NCBI GenBank assembly: GCA_965644295.1
Contig: CBFFRP010000577.1
Span: forward strand, 62,001 to 126,000
Direction of reading: 5' to 3'
Source of the DNA: Paraphysomonas bandaiensis
Taxonomy: Eukaryota > Protista > Chrysophyceae
DNA length: 64,000 nucleotides
Shown: positions 1-11,514 of the stretch, in pieces
How positions within the stretch are numbered: position 1 is the first letter of the stretch
How the letters are laid out: each line of letters opens with the position of its first letter
Notes under the pieces: generated by a model
Database searches by the model: none
Seen by the model: the letters and a program-made list of their open reading frames with translations, nothing else
Told to the model about the DNA's origin: nothing
Translations under genes and position numbers: made by a program

Positions 1-2297
1 CAGTGAGTGAGCCAACGTCGACGACAACTGTGTTACCCACGAGTGTGAATACTTCGTTGTTTCCTTCAACGACTCCATCCGTCACACTACCTAGTACAGG
101 TCCCTCAGTGAGTGAGCCAACGTCGACGACAACTGTGTTTCCCACGAGTGTGAATACTTCGTTGTTTCCTTCAACGACTCCATCCGTCACACTACCTAGT
201 ACAGGTCCCTCAGTGAGTGAGCCAATGTCGACGACAACTGTGTTTCCCACGAGTGTGAATACTTCGTTGTTTCCTTCAACGACTCCATCCGTCACACTAC
301 CTAGTACAGGTCCCTCAGTGAGTGAGCCAACGTCGACGACAACTGTGTTTCCCACGAGTGTGAATACTTCGTTGTTTCCTTCAACGACTCCATCCGTCAC
401 ACTACCTAGTACAGGTCCCTCAGTGAGTGAGCCAACGTCGACGACAACTGTGTTACCCACGAGTGTGAATACTTCGTTGTTTCCTTCAACGACTCCATCC
501 GTCACACTACCTAGTACAGGTCCCTCAGTGAGTGAGCCAACGTCGACGACAACTGTGTTTCCCACGAGTGTGAATACTTCGTTGTTTCCTTCAACGACTC
601 CATCCGTCACACTACCTAGTACAGGTCCCTCAGTAAGTGAGCCAATGTCGACGACAACTGTGTTTCCCACGAGTGTGAATACTTCGTTGTTTCCTTCAAC
701 GACTCCATCCGTCACACTACCTAGTACAGGTCCCTCAGTGAGTGAGCCAACGTCGACGACAACTGTGTTTCCCACGAGTGTGAATACTTCGTTGTTTCCT
801 TCAACGACTCCATCCGTCACACTACCTAGTACAGGTCCCTCAGTGAGTGAGCCAACGTCGACGACAACTGTGTTACCCACGAGTGTGAATACTTCGTTGT
901 TTCCTTCAACGACTCCATCCGTCACACTACCTAGTACAGGTCCCTCAGTGAGTGAGCCAACGTCGACGACAACTGTGTTTCCCACGAGTGTGAATACTTC
1001 GTTGTTTCCTTCAACGACTCCATCCGTCACACTACCTAGTACAGGTCCCTCAGTGAGTGAGCCAACGTCGACGACAACTGTGTTTCCCACGAGTGTGAAT
1101 ACTTCGTTGTTTCCTTCAACAACTCCATCCGTCACACTACCTAGTACAGGTCCCTCAGTGAGTGAGCCAACGTCGACGACAACTGTGTTTCCCACGAGTG
1201 TGAATACTTCGTTGTTTCCTTCAACGACTCCATCCGTCACACTACCTAGTACAGGTCCCTCAGTGAGTGAGCCAACGTCGACGACAACTGTGTTTCCCAC
1301 GAGTGTGAATACTTCGTTGTTTCCTTCAACGACTCCATCCGTCACACTACCTAGTACAGGTCCCTCAGTGAGTGAGCCAACGTCGACAACAACTGTGTTT
1401 CCCACGAGTGTGAATACTTCGTTGTTTCCTTCAACGACTCCATCCGTCACACTACCTAGTACAGGTCCCTCAGTGAGTGAGCCAACGTCGACGACAACTG
1501 TGTTTCCCACGAGTGTGAATACTTCGTTGTTTCCTTCAACGACTCCATCCGTCACACTACCTAGTACAGGTCCCTCAGTAAGTGAGCCAACGTCGACGAC
1601 AACTGTGTTTCCCACGAGTGTGAATACTTCGTTGTTTCCTTCAACAACTCCATCCGTCACACTACCTAGTACAGGTCCCTCAGTGAGTGAGCCAACGTCG
1701 ACGACAACTGTGTTTCCCACGAGTGTGAATACTTCGTTGTTTCCTTCAACGACTCCATCCGTCACACTACCTAGTACAGGTCCCTCAGTGAGTGAGCCAA
1801 CGTCGACGACAACTGTGTTTCCCACGAGTGTGAATACTTCGTTGTTTCCTTCAACGACTCCATCCGTCACACTACCTAGTACAGGTCCCTCAGTGAGTGA
1901 GCCAACGTCGACAACAACTGTGTTTCCCACGAGTGTGAATACTTCGTTGTTTCCTTCAACGACTCCATCCGTCACACTACCTAGTACAGGTCCCTCAGTG
2001 AGTGAGCCAACGTCGACGACAACTGTGTTTCCCACGAGTGTGAATACTTCGTTGTTTCCTTCAACGACTCCATCCGTCACACTACCTAGTACAGGTCCCT
2101 CAGTGAGTGAGCCAACGTCGACGACAACTGTGTTTCCCACGAGTGTGAATACTTCGTTGTTTCCTTCAACGACTCCATCCGTCACACTACCTAGTACAGG
2201 TCCCTCAGTGAGTGAGCCAACGTCGACGACAACTGTGTTTCCCACGAGTGTGAATACTTCGTTGTTTCCTTCAACGACTCCATCCGTCACACAGTGA
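1..2297. repeat. 105-bp near-perfect tandem repeat (~22 copies, runs off the window start)
   Basis: Unit cagtgagtgagccaacgtcgacg...acaggtccct recurs every 105 nt with only ~5 kinds of point variant. Confidence 0.97.
3..2297 (+). CDS. Partial Ser/Thr/Pro-rich mucin-like protein of 35-aa repeats (coding strand not certain)
   Basis: Open frame SEPTSTTTVFPTSVNTSLFPSTTPSVTLPSTGPSV repeated, with one N-T-S sequon per unit. 5' end is outside the window. The antisense frame is also open. Confidence 0.55.
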   Translation: MSEPTSTTTVLPTSVNTSLFPSTTPSVTLPSTGPSVSEPTSTTTVFPTSVNTSLFPSTTPSVTLPSTGPSVSEPMSTTTVFPTSVNTSLFPSTTPSVTLPSTGPSVSEPTSTTTVFPTSVNTSLFPSTTPSVTLPSTGPSVSEPTSTTTVLPTSVNTSLFPSTTPSVTLPSTGPSVSEPTSTTTVFPTSVNTSLFPSTTPSVTLPSTGPSVSEPMSTTTVFPTSVNTSLFPSTTPSVTLPSTGPSVSEPTSTTTVFPTSVNTSLFPSTTPSVTLPSTGPSVSEPTSTTTVLPTSVNTSLFPSTTPSVTLPSTGPSVSEPTSTTTVFPTSVNTSLFPSTTPSVTLPSTGPSVSEPTSTTTVFPTSVNTSLFPSTTPSVTLPSTGPSVSEPTSTTTVFPTSVNTSLFPSTTPSVTLPSTGPSVSEPTSTTTVFPTSVNTSLFPSTTPSVTLPSTGPSVSEPTSTTTVFPTSVNTSLFPSTTPSVTLPSTGPSVSEPTSTTTVFPTSVNTSLFPSTTPSVTLPSTGPSVSEPTSTTTVFPTSVNTSLFPSTTPSVTLPSTGPSVSEPTSTTTVFPTSVNTSLFPSTTPSVTLPSTGPSVSEPTSTTTVFPTSVNTSLFPSTTPSVTLPSTGPSVSEPTSTTTVFPTSVNTSLFPSTTPSVTLPSTGPSVSEPTSTTTVFPTSVNTSLFPSTTPSVTLPSTGPSVSEPTSTTTVFPTSVNTSLFPSTTPSVTLPSTGPSVSEPTSTTTVFPTSVNTSLFPSTTPSVTQ

Positions 2298-4260
2298 GTC
2301 AACGTCGACGGTATTTGTTGTTCTTTAGTTTTTTCTTTTTTCGTCATTAATTTTACTGTCTTTTTGTGTTTTTTTATATCGGTGTTTGATTTTAATATTG
2401 TTCTGTTAAATTTTGTGGATTTACATTTTGGCTTGACGCAGGTTGTATTTTTTTTGATTTGGTTGTTATATATTTCTCTTTCAATGTGTACGATATTAAT
2501 TGAGTGAAATATCGGTCGAGTTGGTTTGGTTACTCCCACCCGCAGTGATAAGTATAACCAGCACTCTTATATCTGCCTGTTTGCTATAACTCAAGCTACT
2601 CTTAATTCGTAGCGGACGACCAAAATCTAGACCAATATCCATAACTTTAATTTTAGTATGACTATGTCGCCGCAATTCCAAAATGAGGTGTCAACACTAA
2701 CTAATTCGCTCTGAGTGACGGACACCTTTTGCGATTTTAGCACATTTATTATCTTTGTGACCAATGGCGGTGGATAATCCAAATTTTTCTCATGAATGCA
2801 TGGCAATTTGGTAAGAGTGGTTGATACTGTTAATACATAGATAGTGGACGGAATTTATCAATATCTGTTTGAAATAAAACATATAGCAAGCCAACTTCTC
2901 CAGGAAGCAGCCAACAAATGTTGATATGTACATATAGTGTATTATACCCTATGTAGTTGACAAGTTGACCACGTACTTCTATTACAACTCTAAACTTACG
3001 ACGTTACGACATACATCTACACTTGAAATAGTCTTGTAATATATGTTTTTATTGCTTTAGATACATGTAATGTATGATAAAACCTGAATCTACAATACAA
3101 GTTGTTTGTAAACGATTTTTCTTCCTCAGACACATTTTGTCATTAATATATTTGCCTTAACTTCTTATCATACTGATACAATTTATTGTTGTGTTTGTTA
3201 CTTTTCAAAGCGTCACTGCATGCATTGAGATATATTATTCAACCTAGTCAATTTGGTCGAATTTCCTAGTCATACTATTTTCGGTGTAAAACCCTAGTCT
3301 AAGCAATAAATAACTCAACCTAGCCAATTATAGTATTCAACCTAGTCGTTCTGATATCCATTGATTTCACATTATGACTGTCTAAGATACGCGCACACAC
3401 CACACAACATATTGATGGCTCGGAGAGCATCACAACAAACATAGCAATTAATTCATATATGCATATCTACTTAACAGTGTATGTGTATGCAGCATCTGTA
3501 TAGCTTATTAGAATAAAGAATTGATCTTTATAATAGTAAAACAATGTTGTGATTATTAGAGTGTAAGTAATGAACACGATAGAGTGAAAATTATGAATAA
3601 CAATATAGAACGTACTATCATGCACAACGGAATAGTTAGAAGTGTAACTGATAATGACGACGTTATGATGACGATCACGTATCTTCGACAGATACTCTCT
3701 CTAATTCAGTTCATGGTGTATTTCATTGAACATTATAACTCACAGATACAATCATGTATTAAGCTGAATCCTAATAATTAGTGTACGATGGGTCCCTTAT
3801 CAGTGTTATGAGGAGGAGCTGTGCTGTGGACATAACCCCATGAATATACAGGCACCAGGATATCTTCATACTCTATGAGTGAGATCGCTTCTCTTCCTTC
3901 ACTTCACGACAAGTGACTTGTTGACATACGGACTACGGACAACACTGTGGCTTCTGTTAACCCTATTAGGGTTTATTGTTTATTGAGTCGTCGCGTGATT
4001 CAACTAACACGAAATATTTATCATTAATCATAGCATGTAAAATTATAAATTAGGTTCGTTGTTAGTCATAAGAGGGTAAATAAGTGCTTTATTAACTAAA
4101 TGCATGATTCAAATGCCTGCAGATGTACCCTATAGCAATACTTCACACTAGTTAGTGCAACAACAAAAAGTTTTCTATGTACCCATTTCATACGGTAAAG
4201 AAATTGGCAATAGTTTTAACTTTGCTACGAACGCTCAACTGAAGTAATAAACCCTTCACA

Positions 4261-7200
4261 CTAAAACGGACTGTGAGTTTCGAATTCCACCTCTGATTTT
4301 CTTCCAGGGGAAAGGGTAGCCCTCACTGTAGCTTTCTTCTGCATCTGGGCAATCTAGAATACGTACAGCAATAATTATAATGACCCAAACACAACCCACA
4401 CATAAACTGATACCTGTGTGCACAAAAAGACAATCCCGACAAAACAGAGAACGGGAATGATAATGACAAGAATAGACATGGCATATCTCGCATCTAGGCC
4501 GCTCTTCAGAGAAGCAGACAAGTAATCAGGAGCTTCGGGATTAACGTGAAGCCAGTACAATGGCAAAACTTTTCCACCCATTACTTTAGGAGTGAATACA
4601 TTTCCTATTATTTGGCATCCATATATTAAATTGACTACATATAGCGCACTTACAAACATAACAGAAAAATATGAAGTTTATATACAATGCATATATTGCG
4701 AATACATGCTTTTGACCTGCATTGCACGGGTAATTGACCCCACCGGCAATATAACACATCGGGTCCGATGCATTATACACGCTGGCCATAAATCCACATG
4801 TAGGGTCCAATTGAGGGTTACAGTTCCAAGTGAAGGACGATATTTGATTGGCAATAGCACCTTTGAGAGTTAAACCGGTTGCAGGCTCAATATTGATGTA
4901 CCCTAAGTACTCAGATGAGCCATACTCCTGCCATGTCGATACTGATATCATTTCGGGACTACTCAATCTACTAGAGTGTTTCGAATAGCTATCTCGAGTT
5001 CGGTACAAATTAACCCCAACCGATGAAGCTGAACCGCGCTCAACGTTGCTCGATTGAGATAACATAGCTTCATCACTCCCAAAGAAATTCGGGAAACTCA
5101 TTATTACAGGCCCTCCGTCGGAAGCATACACCATGTTTTCCATATTCTGATAAGGGACCTCACCGCGTCGCTGAGTCGCTTCAATATCCTCATCTGTTAT
5201 AGCTTTCGAAATATCTGGAAGAAATTTATTGACTTCAATTCCACCAATATCATGTTTCTTTTCGTGTTTAATAGTAAGAGTATTTAACTTGTATGAGCTC
5301 CAAATTTCTTCAGTGTCATACTTAGGGTCCCCATCAGTCAGTTGGTAGTCCAAAAAACTAGATGTGATTCCCCGTCCAGATCGGATGGCTGCTTGATACC
5401 CAGAGATATTAAAGTACGTCATCGTGCCACCAGTTCCACTTAGACCAGATTTGACAATTGTAGGATCAGCCCATGGCATATTCGGATAGGTATACGTATC
5501 TGGAGTAAACCAATCCTTATAACTAGTCTCTCCCTTCCACATAATTTGTTGGAACTTCTGCTTGCCTTTTGCACAACCAGTGTAGAACTACACACTTGTA
5601 GTTAGGTAATATAGTTTGAGAACTCAAATGTATAACAACACAATGCTAAGATATACACTGCAAAGTATATGCCATGTACGGAAGATAAATGGGACCGGGA
5701 CAAAAAAACTACAAATATTTCTTACTTTGGTTTCCGGAGATGGCTTGATGTACTGCTTCGCCTCATCATTTGAAAATACTCGTCTGGGCTGAACTAACCC
5801 ATTAACCCATTGATGGCACCCCACACCTGATCCCTTTACACCGAAAGCGCTCGATTCAAAGGATGCGAGACAGCACGGTTCAATAGGAGATGATGACCCC
5901 AGGGAAGTTCCATCCGCACATTGCTTTGTCGCACCTGTATAATATCATTAACACAATTTGATTGTGAAAGATTCGGTTAAATTAATGATCGCAGACAATG
6001 TATCATGTTGCGCACACTGAAGTTGGGCACTAGTGCGGATGTGCTTTTTTACCTGCATCAAGACTAAGCAACGCTGCAATGGCGACAGAAATTCCAAAAG
6101 GCTGGCAGCTAACCCCTTCAAGATATCGTAGCTCATCCGCCCTCTCTTTTGTCAAACCAGCTTCTGACTGCAGGACATCTGAGGAAGGGACGGTACCTGA
6201 ACAAAAAACGAAATCATGAGCACGAAAACAATTATAAGAACATGGACCTCACACAAACGCACAAATCATATCACAATATCCATTACACATATACAAATAC
6301 TCATAAAGAGAAACGTACACACCGCACCTGCACAGGACACGTCCCGAATAGCTGCCTGGCCCGCTCCTCCCATTACTTGACTAACAACAGTTTCGACTGA
6401 GGGGCAGTACAATGAATAGCATGCATCCCTAAGGTCGGCGGTCAAATTTGAGTTCATATATACAGTATCCATATCTGGAGGTGAAGATGTTAAGGATGAG
6501 GCCGTTTTAATCATTCCAATTTGAGCAGATGCCGATCCAAATGTAAGTTCAGTAATACCCAATCTGCGCACAAGAGGAGTATAGGCCCCTGTTGATAGAG
6601 GAAAATCACTCCCAACATCATCCAGTTTCAGACCGTTGTCATATTTGGCCAACCAAGAGAGAATACCACCACCTTTGGAAGTTCTCGATGCTAAATCACT
6701 GCAAGTTGTAGCATTTGCGGTAGGTGTAGGAGCACAGCACCTACACATGACATTTTCTCCCATTTCACTGGTATCACAATACCCATAGGTCCCAGATGTA
6801 TCTTGTATAAGCCCAATTTGAGTAGGAGTGCACGTAGTAGAGATGATGAGTAAACCCTCATTTTGCGCACCCGCTAAGAGGTTCAGATATGCGTAATTGA
6901 GAGCATTAACAGTGTCGTCCTCCAGACAGTCACTGCAAGAGGCCGATGATTTAAACTTCACATCATTGTAGAGATTAAAAGTAACGGTGCCTTCAGATTC
7001 AGAGAAGTCAACATCGTGACGCTTCTGCTTTAATCTAATGCCGTACGGGCCTTGCTCATACATTTCAGCAGTGGATCCAGCGGCATACTCATCGGGGTTG
7101 GATATGTTGTATACCCACAGCTGCAGTGTGGTCGCAGGCGCATTACTGAACACATGAGCGGCTGGATCGCTATCAGCACATGTCTCTGACACCATATCCA

Positions 7201-7363
7201 CACTATCCTTAATGCTCTTGGACACTGCTCGATAAGCGAGCAGGACCCCTAGAGCGACAGCACCCAATAGAACAGCAGAGCAGAGGAGTGTGTTGGAGCG
7301 CCGCTTCCTCTTCTCGTCATGTGCAACTGACGCTACACTCACATCAGAGTCCTTCCACTGCAT
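4261..7363 (-). CDS. CD36/scavenger receptor class B (LIMP-2-like) membrane glycoprotein, ~6 exons, ~850 aa
   Basis: N-terminal TM, then LWVYNISNPDEY...EQGPY. C-terminal PVIMSFPNFFGSD, YINIEPATG and VLPLYW motifs, then a second TM. GT-AG introns join the ORFs (approx. 6322-6197, 6052-5935, 5725-5588, 4716-4605, 4413-4354); stop at 4261. Confidence 0.85.
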
Positions 7364-7563
7364 GATTGATGAGGGAAGAGCAAGAGATGATGTCGACTGA
7401 TGTTGAATGAACCGGTGAGTGTTTATGGGTGTGTGTGATGGGATCTACTTGGACCTCAAATGCCTCATACACACACAGCAAACATACCACACCGCATACA
7501 TACATACACACTGTAGCAGATGGTATCCAACTGCTACTGTACTCTGCTGTATACATATATATA

Positions 7564-7619
7564 TACATACATACATACATACATACATACATACATACAT
7601 ACATACATACATACATACA

Positions 7620-7653
<34 letters not shown>

Positions 7654-7924
7654 CATACATACATACATACATACATACATACATACATACATACATACAT
7701 ACATACATACATACATACATACATACATACATACATACATACATACATACATACATACATACATACATACATACATACATACATACATACATACATACAT
7801 ACATACATACATACATACATACATACATACATACATACATACATACATACATACATACATACATACATACATACATACATACATACATACATACATACAT
7901 ACATACATACATACATACATACAT
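7564..7924. repeat. (TACA)n microsatellite, ~90 units
   Basis: Directly visible, with one TATATA interruption near 7648. Confidence 0.99.
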
Positions 7925-7960
7925 CAACAGTCAGCAGTTTGTAGCTGTCGTCCACTAAAC

Positions 7961-8716
7961 ATGGGTTCCGTTCGAGGTAGGACCTTTATGGATTTTATCC
8001 GGTACAATGTGCCAGCTCTTCGTGGTATCACAGGCACTCAGCTGCAGAGGGCTCCCCTGTGGAATGATATCTATAGTAAGTCCACAGGCATCTATGAGTG
8101 GGGCTGCAAACCCTCTCATCTGTTTCAGTATATATATAGACATAATGGAATATCAAATGCTGCTACATTAAAAGAAACGATGCCTTCAGATGATGCGGTG
8201 CTGCTTATCGGTGCAGGGGCCTCTCAGTTAGGGGATGCTATGTACGAGTATGGCTATGAGCCCGTCGTACAGACTGATTTTAGTGAAGTTGTTGTGAATA
8301 GAAGACGAGAAGCACTAGATAGGAGTAAATACCCGAAAATGTATTGGGAGCTTGCCGATGCACGCCTTCCATTACATCCGTTATTGCACTTGATACAAAA
8401 ACCCAACAACAGTGACGTATCTCATATTCAGGATGGTTCTGCTTCAAGCGTTTTATTCGGCTCAGTTTTAGATAAAGGTCTAATTGATGGACTCTATCTG
8501 GCCGGTGGCGAGTCAATGGAAGATATACCGAAAGTAGTTTCGAATGTGGCCAACGTTTTAACTCCTGAATCAGGAGTGTTTGTAACGTTCTCTTATTCAC
8601 ATCCTAATATAATTGAACCACTGCTGAAGCACCGTTTGTTTGGATCTATTGAAGCACGTTTACTAGAAACTCCTGACATATATCTGTATCGCGTATGCCG
8701 AAATGCGGAAGTTTAA
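7961..8716 (+). CDS. Class I SAM-dependent methyltransferase, EEF1AKMT4/METTL13-N-like
   Basis: Motifs YEWG, VLLIGAGASQLG, QTDFSEVVV, ADAR and VLDKGLID. ATG at 7961 follows the microsatellite; the upstream part of ORF 7520..8716 is repeat-derived. Confidence 0.85.
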   Translation: MGSVRGRTFMDFIRYNVPALRGITGTQLQRAPLWNDIYSKSTGIYEWGCKPSHLFQYIYRHNGISNAATLKETMPSDDAVLLIGAGASQLGDAMYEYGYEPVVQTDFSEVVVNRRREALDRSKYPKMYWELADARLPLHPLLHLIQKPNNSDVSHIQDGSASSVLFGSVLDKGLIDGLYLAGGESMEDIPKVVSNVANVLTPESGVFVTFSYSHPNIIEPLLKHRLFGSIEARLLETPDIYLYRVCRNAEV

Positions 8717-9212
8717 ATTGTTTGCAAATAGTTAGCGCATTGTTCATGAAGCTGAGCACATCATTATGTAACATTTTGGAAGCGGTGGTTCATTGGCTTA
8801 TTTCACTTTAGCATTATAAATAATGCACTTCTTTATCAATGTGCTAACCTTATCAACAATACATACTAAACTAACTGCGTGCAGGTCTTGCACTTCAGCA
8901 GCAAGAACTTTCATTATTTTCGCGATTAACACATTTCAACTCGGTATCATTTTTACACCACCTATAATTTCTGCACCTACGATCGAACGCCCACTATAAT
9001 TTCGTAATTCATAATACGTGGCTTAGATATATGTTCGTATTCTACTTCGATTTTGAAGAAACAACATCATGTAAACTGTAAACACAATACGTATTTAGCG
9101 ATGAATTATCAGTAAGGCCGAATAACACATAACACATACTAACAAAATATAATTTCTATATATCCTCTACTGACAAAACTAACGAGCTTATGTACAACGC
9201 TGAGACAACACT

Positions 9213-10724
9213 CTACACTACAGTTGGGTTCTCGTAATATATGTTTGGGCCAAATGTCACACGCCGGTCATGTGTTAAGCGTTTCTTAAGTGAACTCTTT
9301 CTAGGTGCGTCCAATGGGTTGCCTACTCTAGAAGACCCACGCATCATAGCACGAGGTGATTCAGTACATTTTGCACTGCGAGGACTTTCGAGTGAGGGAG
9401 AATTCTGAATTATTGCAGTGAGTGGAGTCTCCAATGGCGAAATATCTCTGTGTGATTTGTCTTCATAGATGTCGTCAACAGCAAATCTGATACTAGAATT
9501 ACTTTGAGGGCTGGACAATGGACTTTCCACGGCTGCTTCGATATCATCCCCACACATTATATTTGCGAAATGTTCTTCCCTTACTGGTCTGTAATTAGAA
9601 TTGAGGTTGTCTGACGAGCGTTCAGCGGCCTCTACAACGGCTAATAAATCTGTATTTTTGAGCTCTATCCTCTGTCGACTACCACGACAATAAAACACCT
9701 TTGGAGAAAATCTAGGCATATTCTGATATCCACTGCTGCTATGACGGCTATTAGACTTCGAATACCCAAAATTCTTAAAGACTATCTTCGAAGGTTTTAC
9801 AGACCCACACATCACACTGCAGGACATCCCAAGGACACACACTGTCGCAACTACCAGAAAAACAACAATCGCAAACCCGTTAGACTCACGAGATTCATTT
9901 ACACCAGATGGCTGGACAGTTGGACTCAATGTAAATTCACTGTTCATTGGTACGTCGTTACCAGTGTATACTTCTGCATAATAGGATGATTCACCACCTA
10001 TTCGAATAGAACTGAACGACACACTTGACCATGATGGAGTGGTTTCACTAGAGGCAACATCATCAAATTGTTCCCATGACGGGACATGAGCACCCAACTT
10101 CACGAAATGCGGCTGTATGTCCATATATGCTGTTAATAAACCAAACACAGACACCACAAGAGTCTGGTTACGCCATATACGAAGGTACCCTTCTGCCTGT
10201 GAAGTAGAAAAATTGTCCTCAATTACCCAATCGTCCCACACCTGCGTTTTCACATCACCCACGGTGAAGTACCGACAAGAACTTTGAGCAGAAGATTCTG
10301 CAGTATTTCCACACACGACAACATGAATGGACAAACCACTCACATATAGCCCTAACATAGGTGAACGACTCGAAATACTGTCAGAATCACCACCAAGGAG
10401 GGAAAACAAGTACGTAACCGGCTGCTGCAGTGAAGAAGCCGGTAACAACGACGAGAAGCCAAACCAATAAAGCCCATTATTAGAAGGTATAATAGAACTC
10501 TTCATGGATGGTAGAGGAGTTATTTGAGCACGAAAACACGGCTCATGAGGACAGAATGAAATATTGGTGAACGTCACATTATCTGTCGCAGAAACCACCC
10601 CCGAGCGCCCCTGTATGTCCCTCTCCCATGACGTGAGGTCCACGAAGTCATCCTCAAACAATATGTCCCCTAAACTAAAACATATGATGAACAACAGGAC
10701 GATAACGGTTCGAATAGGGCTCAT
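9213..10724 (-). CDS. Type I membrane protein with polysaccharide-lyase-like (PF14099-type jelly-roll) ectodomain
   Basis: Signal peptide; YWFGFSSLLP; WDDWVI...GYLRIWRN...TAYMD...FVKLG pattern; TM FAIVVFLVVATVCVLGM; SP-rich disordered tail. Single exon. Confidence 0.65.
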   Translation of the reverse strand: MSPIRTVIVLLFIICFSLGDILFEDDFVDLTSWERDIQGRSGVVSATDNVTFTNISFCPHEPCFRAQITPLPSMKSSIIPSNNGLYWFGFSSLLPASSLQQPVTYLFSLLGGDSDSISSRSPMLGLYVSGLSIHVVVCGNTAESSAQSSCRYFTVGDVKTQVWDDWVIEDNFSTSQAEGYLRIWRNQTLVVSVFGLLTAYMDIQPHFVKLGAHVPSWEQFDDVASSETTPSWSSVSFSSIRIGGESSYYAEVYTGNDVPMNSEFTLSPTVQPSGVNESRESNGFAIVVFLVVATVCVLGMSCSVMCGSVKPSKIVFKNFGYSKSNSRHSSSGYQNMPRFSPKVFYCRGSRQRIELKNTDLLAVVEAAERSSDNLNSNYRPVREEHFANIMCGDDIEAAVESPLSSPQSNSSIRFAVDDIYEDKSHRDISPLETPLTAIIQNSPSLESPRSAKCTESPRAMMRGSSRVGNPLDAPRKSSLKKRLTHDRRVTFGPNIYYENPTVV

Positions 10725-11514
10725 GTGTGTGTGTATCTGTGTATATCTATGTGTGTGTGTCTATGTACAGTGTGTGTGGGTAATGTCATCTGAATATCGC
10801 CATTGGTCGCAGTTGTACACTATGTACACAGATGCGATAACTGTGATGGAAGGACAGGAGAATGGAATGGCACCTGTAACTGTAGGCTACTCTGCTTCCA
10901 TTAATAACTATAGTATGAGTCAGAGTCAGTGGAGTGTGCCATACATACATGTGTATGCGTAGAAGTAACAAGCGGAGAGAGGGAATAACAGGAGAGAAAA
11001 AGTGACGACAAACGCACTTCATATACCGAGAGAATACATCCAATCAATTTAAAATGATTTGTTCAAATCTAGTAATGCTATCGTTGATTTGCTCCAACTC
11101 AAAGCACACCTGTTTACCCCAATAGTCATCAGTGGTTTTGTAAAAAAACACATCATTTTAAAATTCAAATAGCCACTTTTCCACAATAAAATCTCAGGTA
11201 TTTTAGGCTAGAGGTCCAATTTTGTGTACAAAAAGAGCTTATTTCGTATTTGGACCTATAAAGTTCATACCGACAGCAGAAGAGAGCACGGATGTATACT
11301 AAGAATACAGTCGTATCCTCATATCTGCACTTGTCTGTACTGCTGCTCTATGTACTACTGTGCGTATACATGTCTATGTCTGTATGTGCGTAATGTTTCC
11401 TAGTTAACACTCATAACAAGTAAAAGACCCTCATTGCATGAGATCAACATCCGTGCTAACGATTCATTTCCCTTATCCATCGAGAAGGTTTCTTGATCGA
11501 TTCGTGTAATAGAA

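Noticed and set aside
1-2297. CRISPR-like array
   Set aside because: Units are identical end to end with no unique spacers, and the context is eukaryotic.
2298-2503. Stop-codon readthrough into a hydrophobic TM-like tail of the repeat protein
   Set aside because: The hydrophobicity is explained by the T-rich composition; no readthrough evidence.
3804-4009. Possible solo LTR (TGTTA...TAACA) containing palindrome aacccta-t-tagggtt
   Set aside because: No target-site duplication and no second copy in the window.
7344-7958. MYVC / HTYI repeat ORFs
   Set aside because: Translations of the (TACA)n microsatellite.
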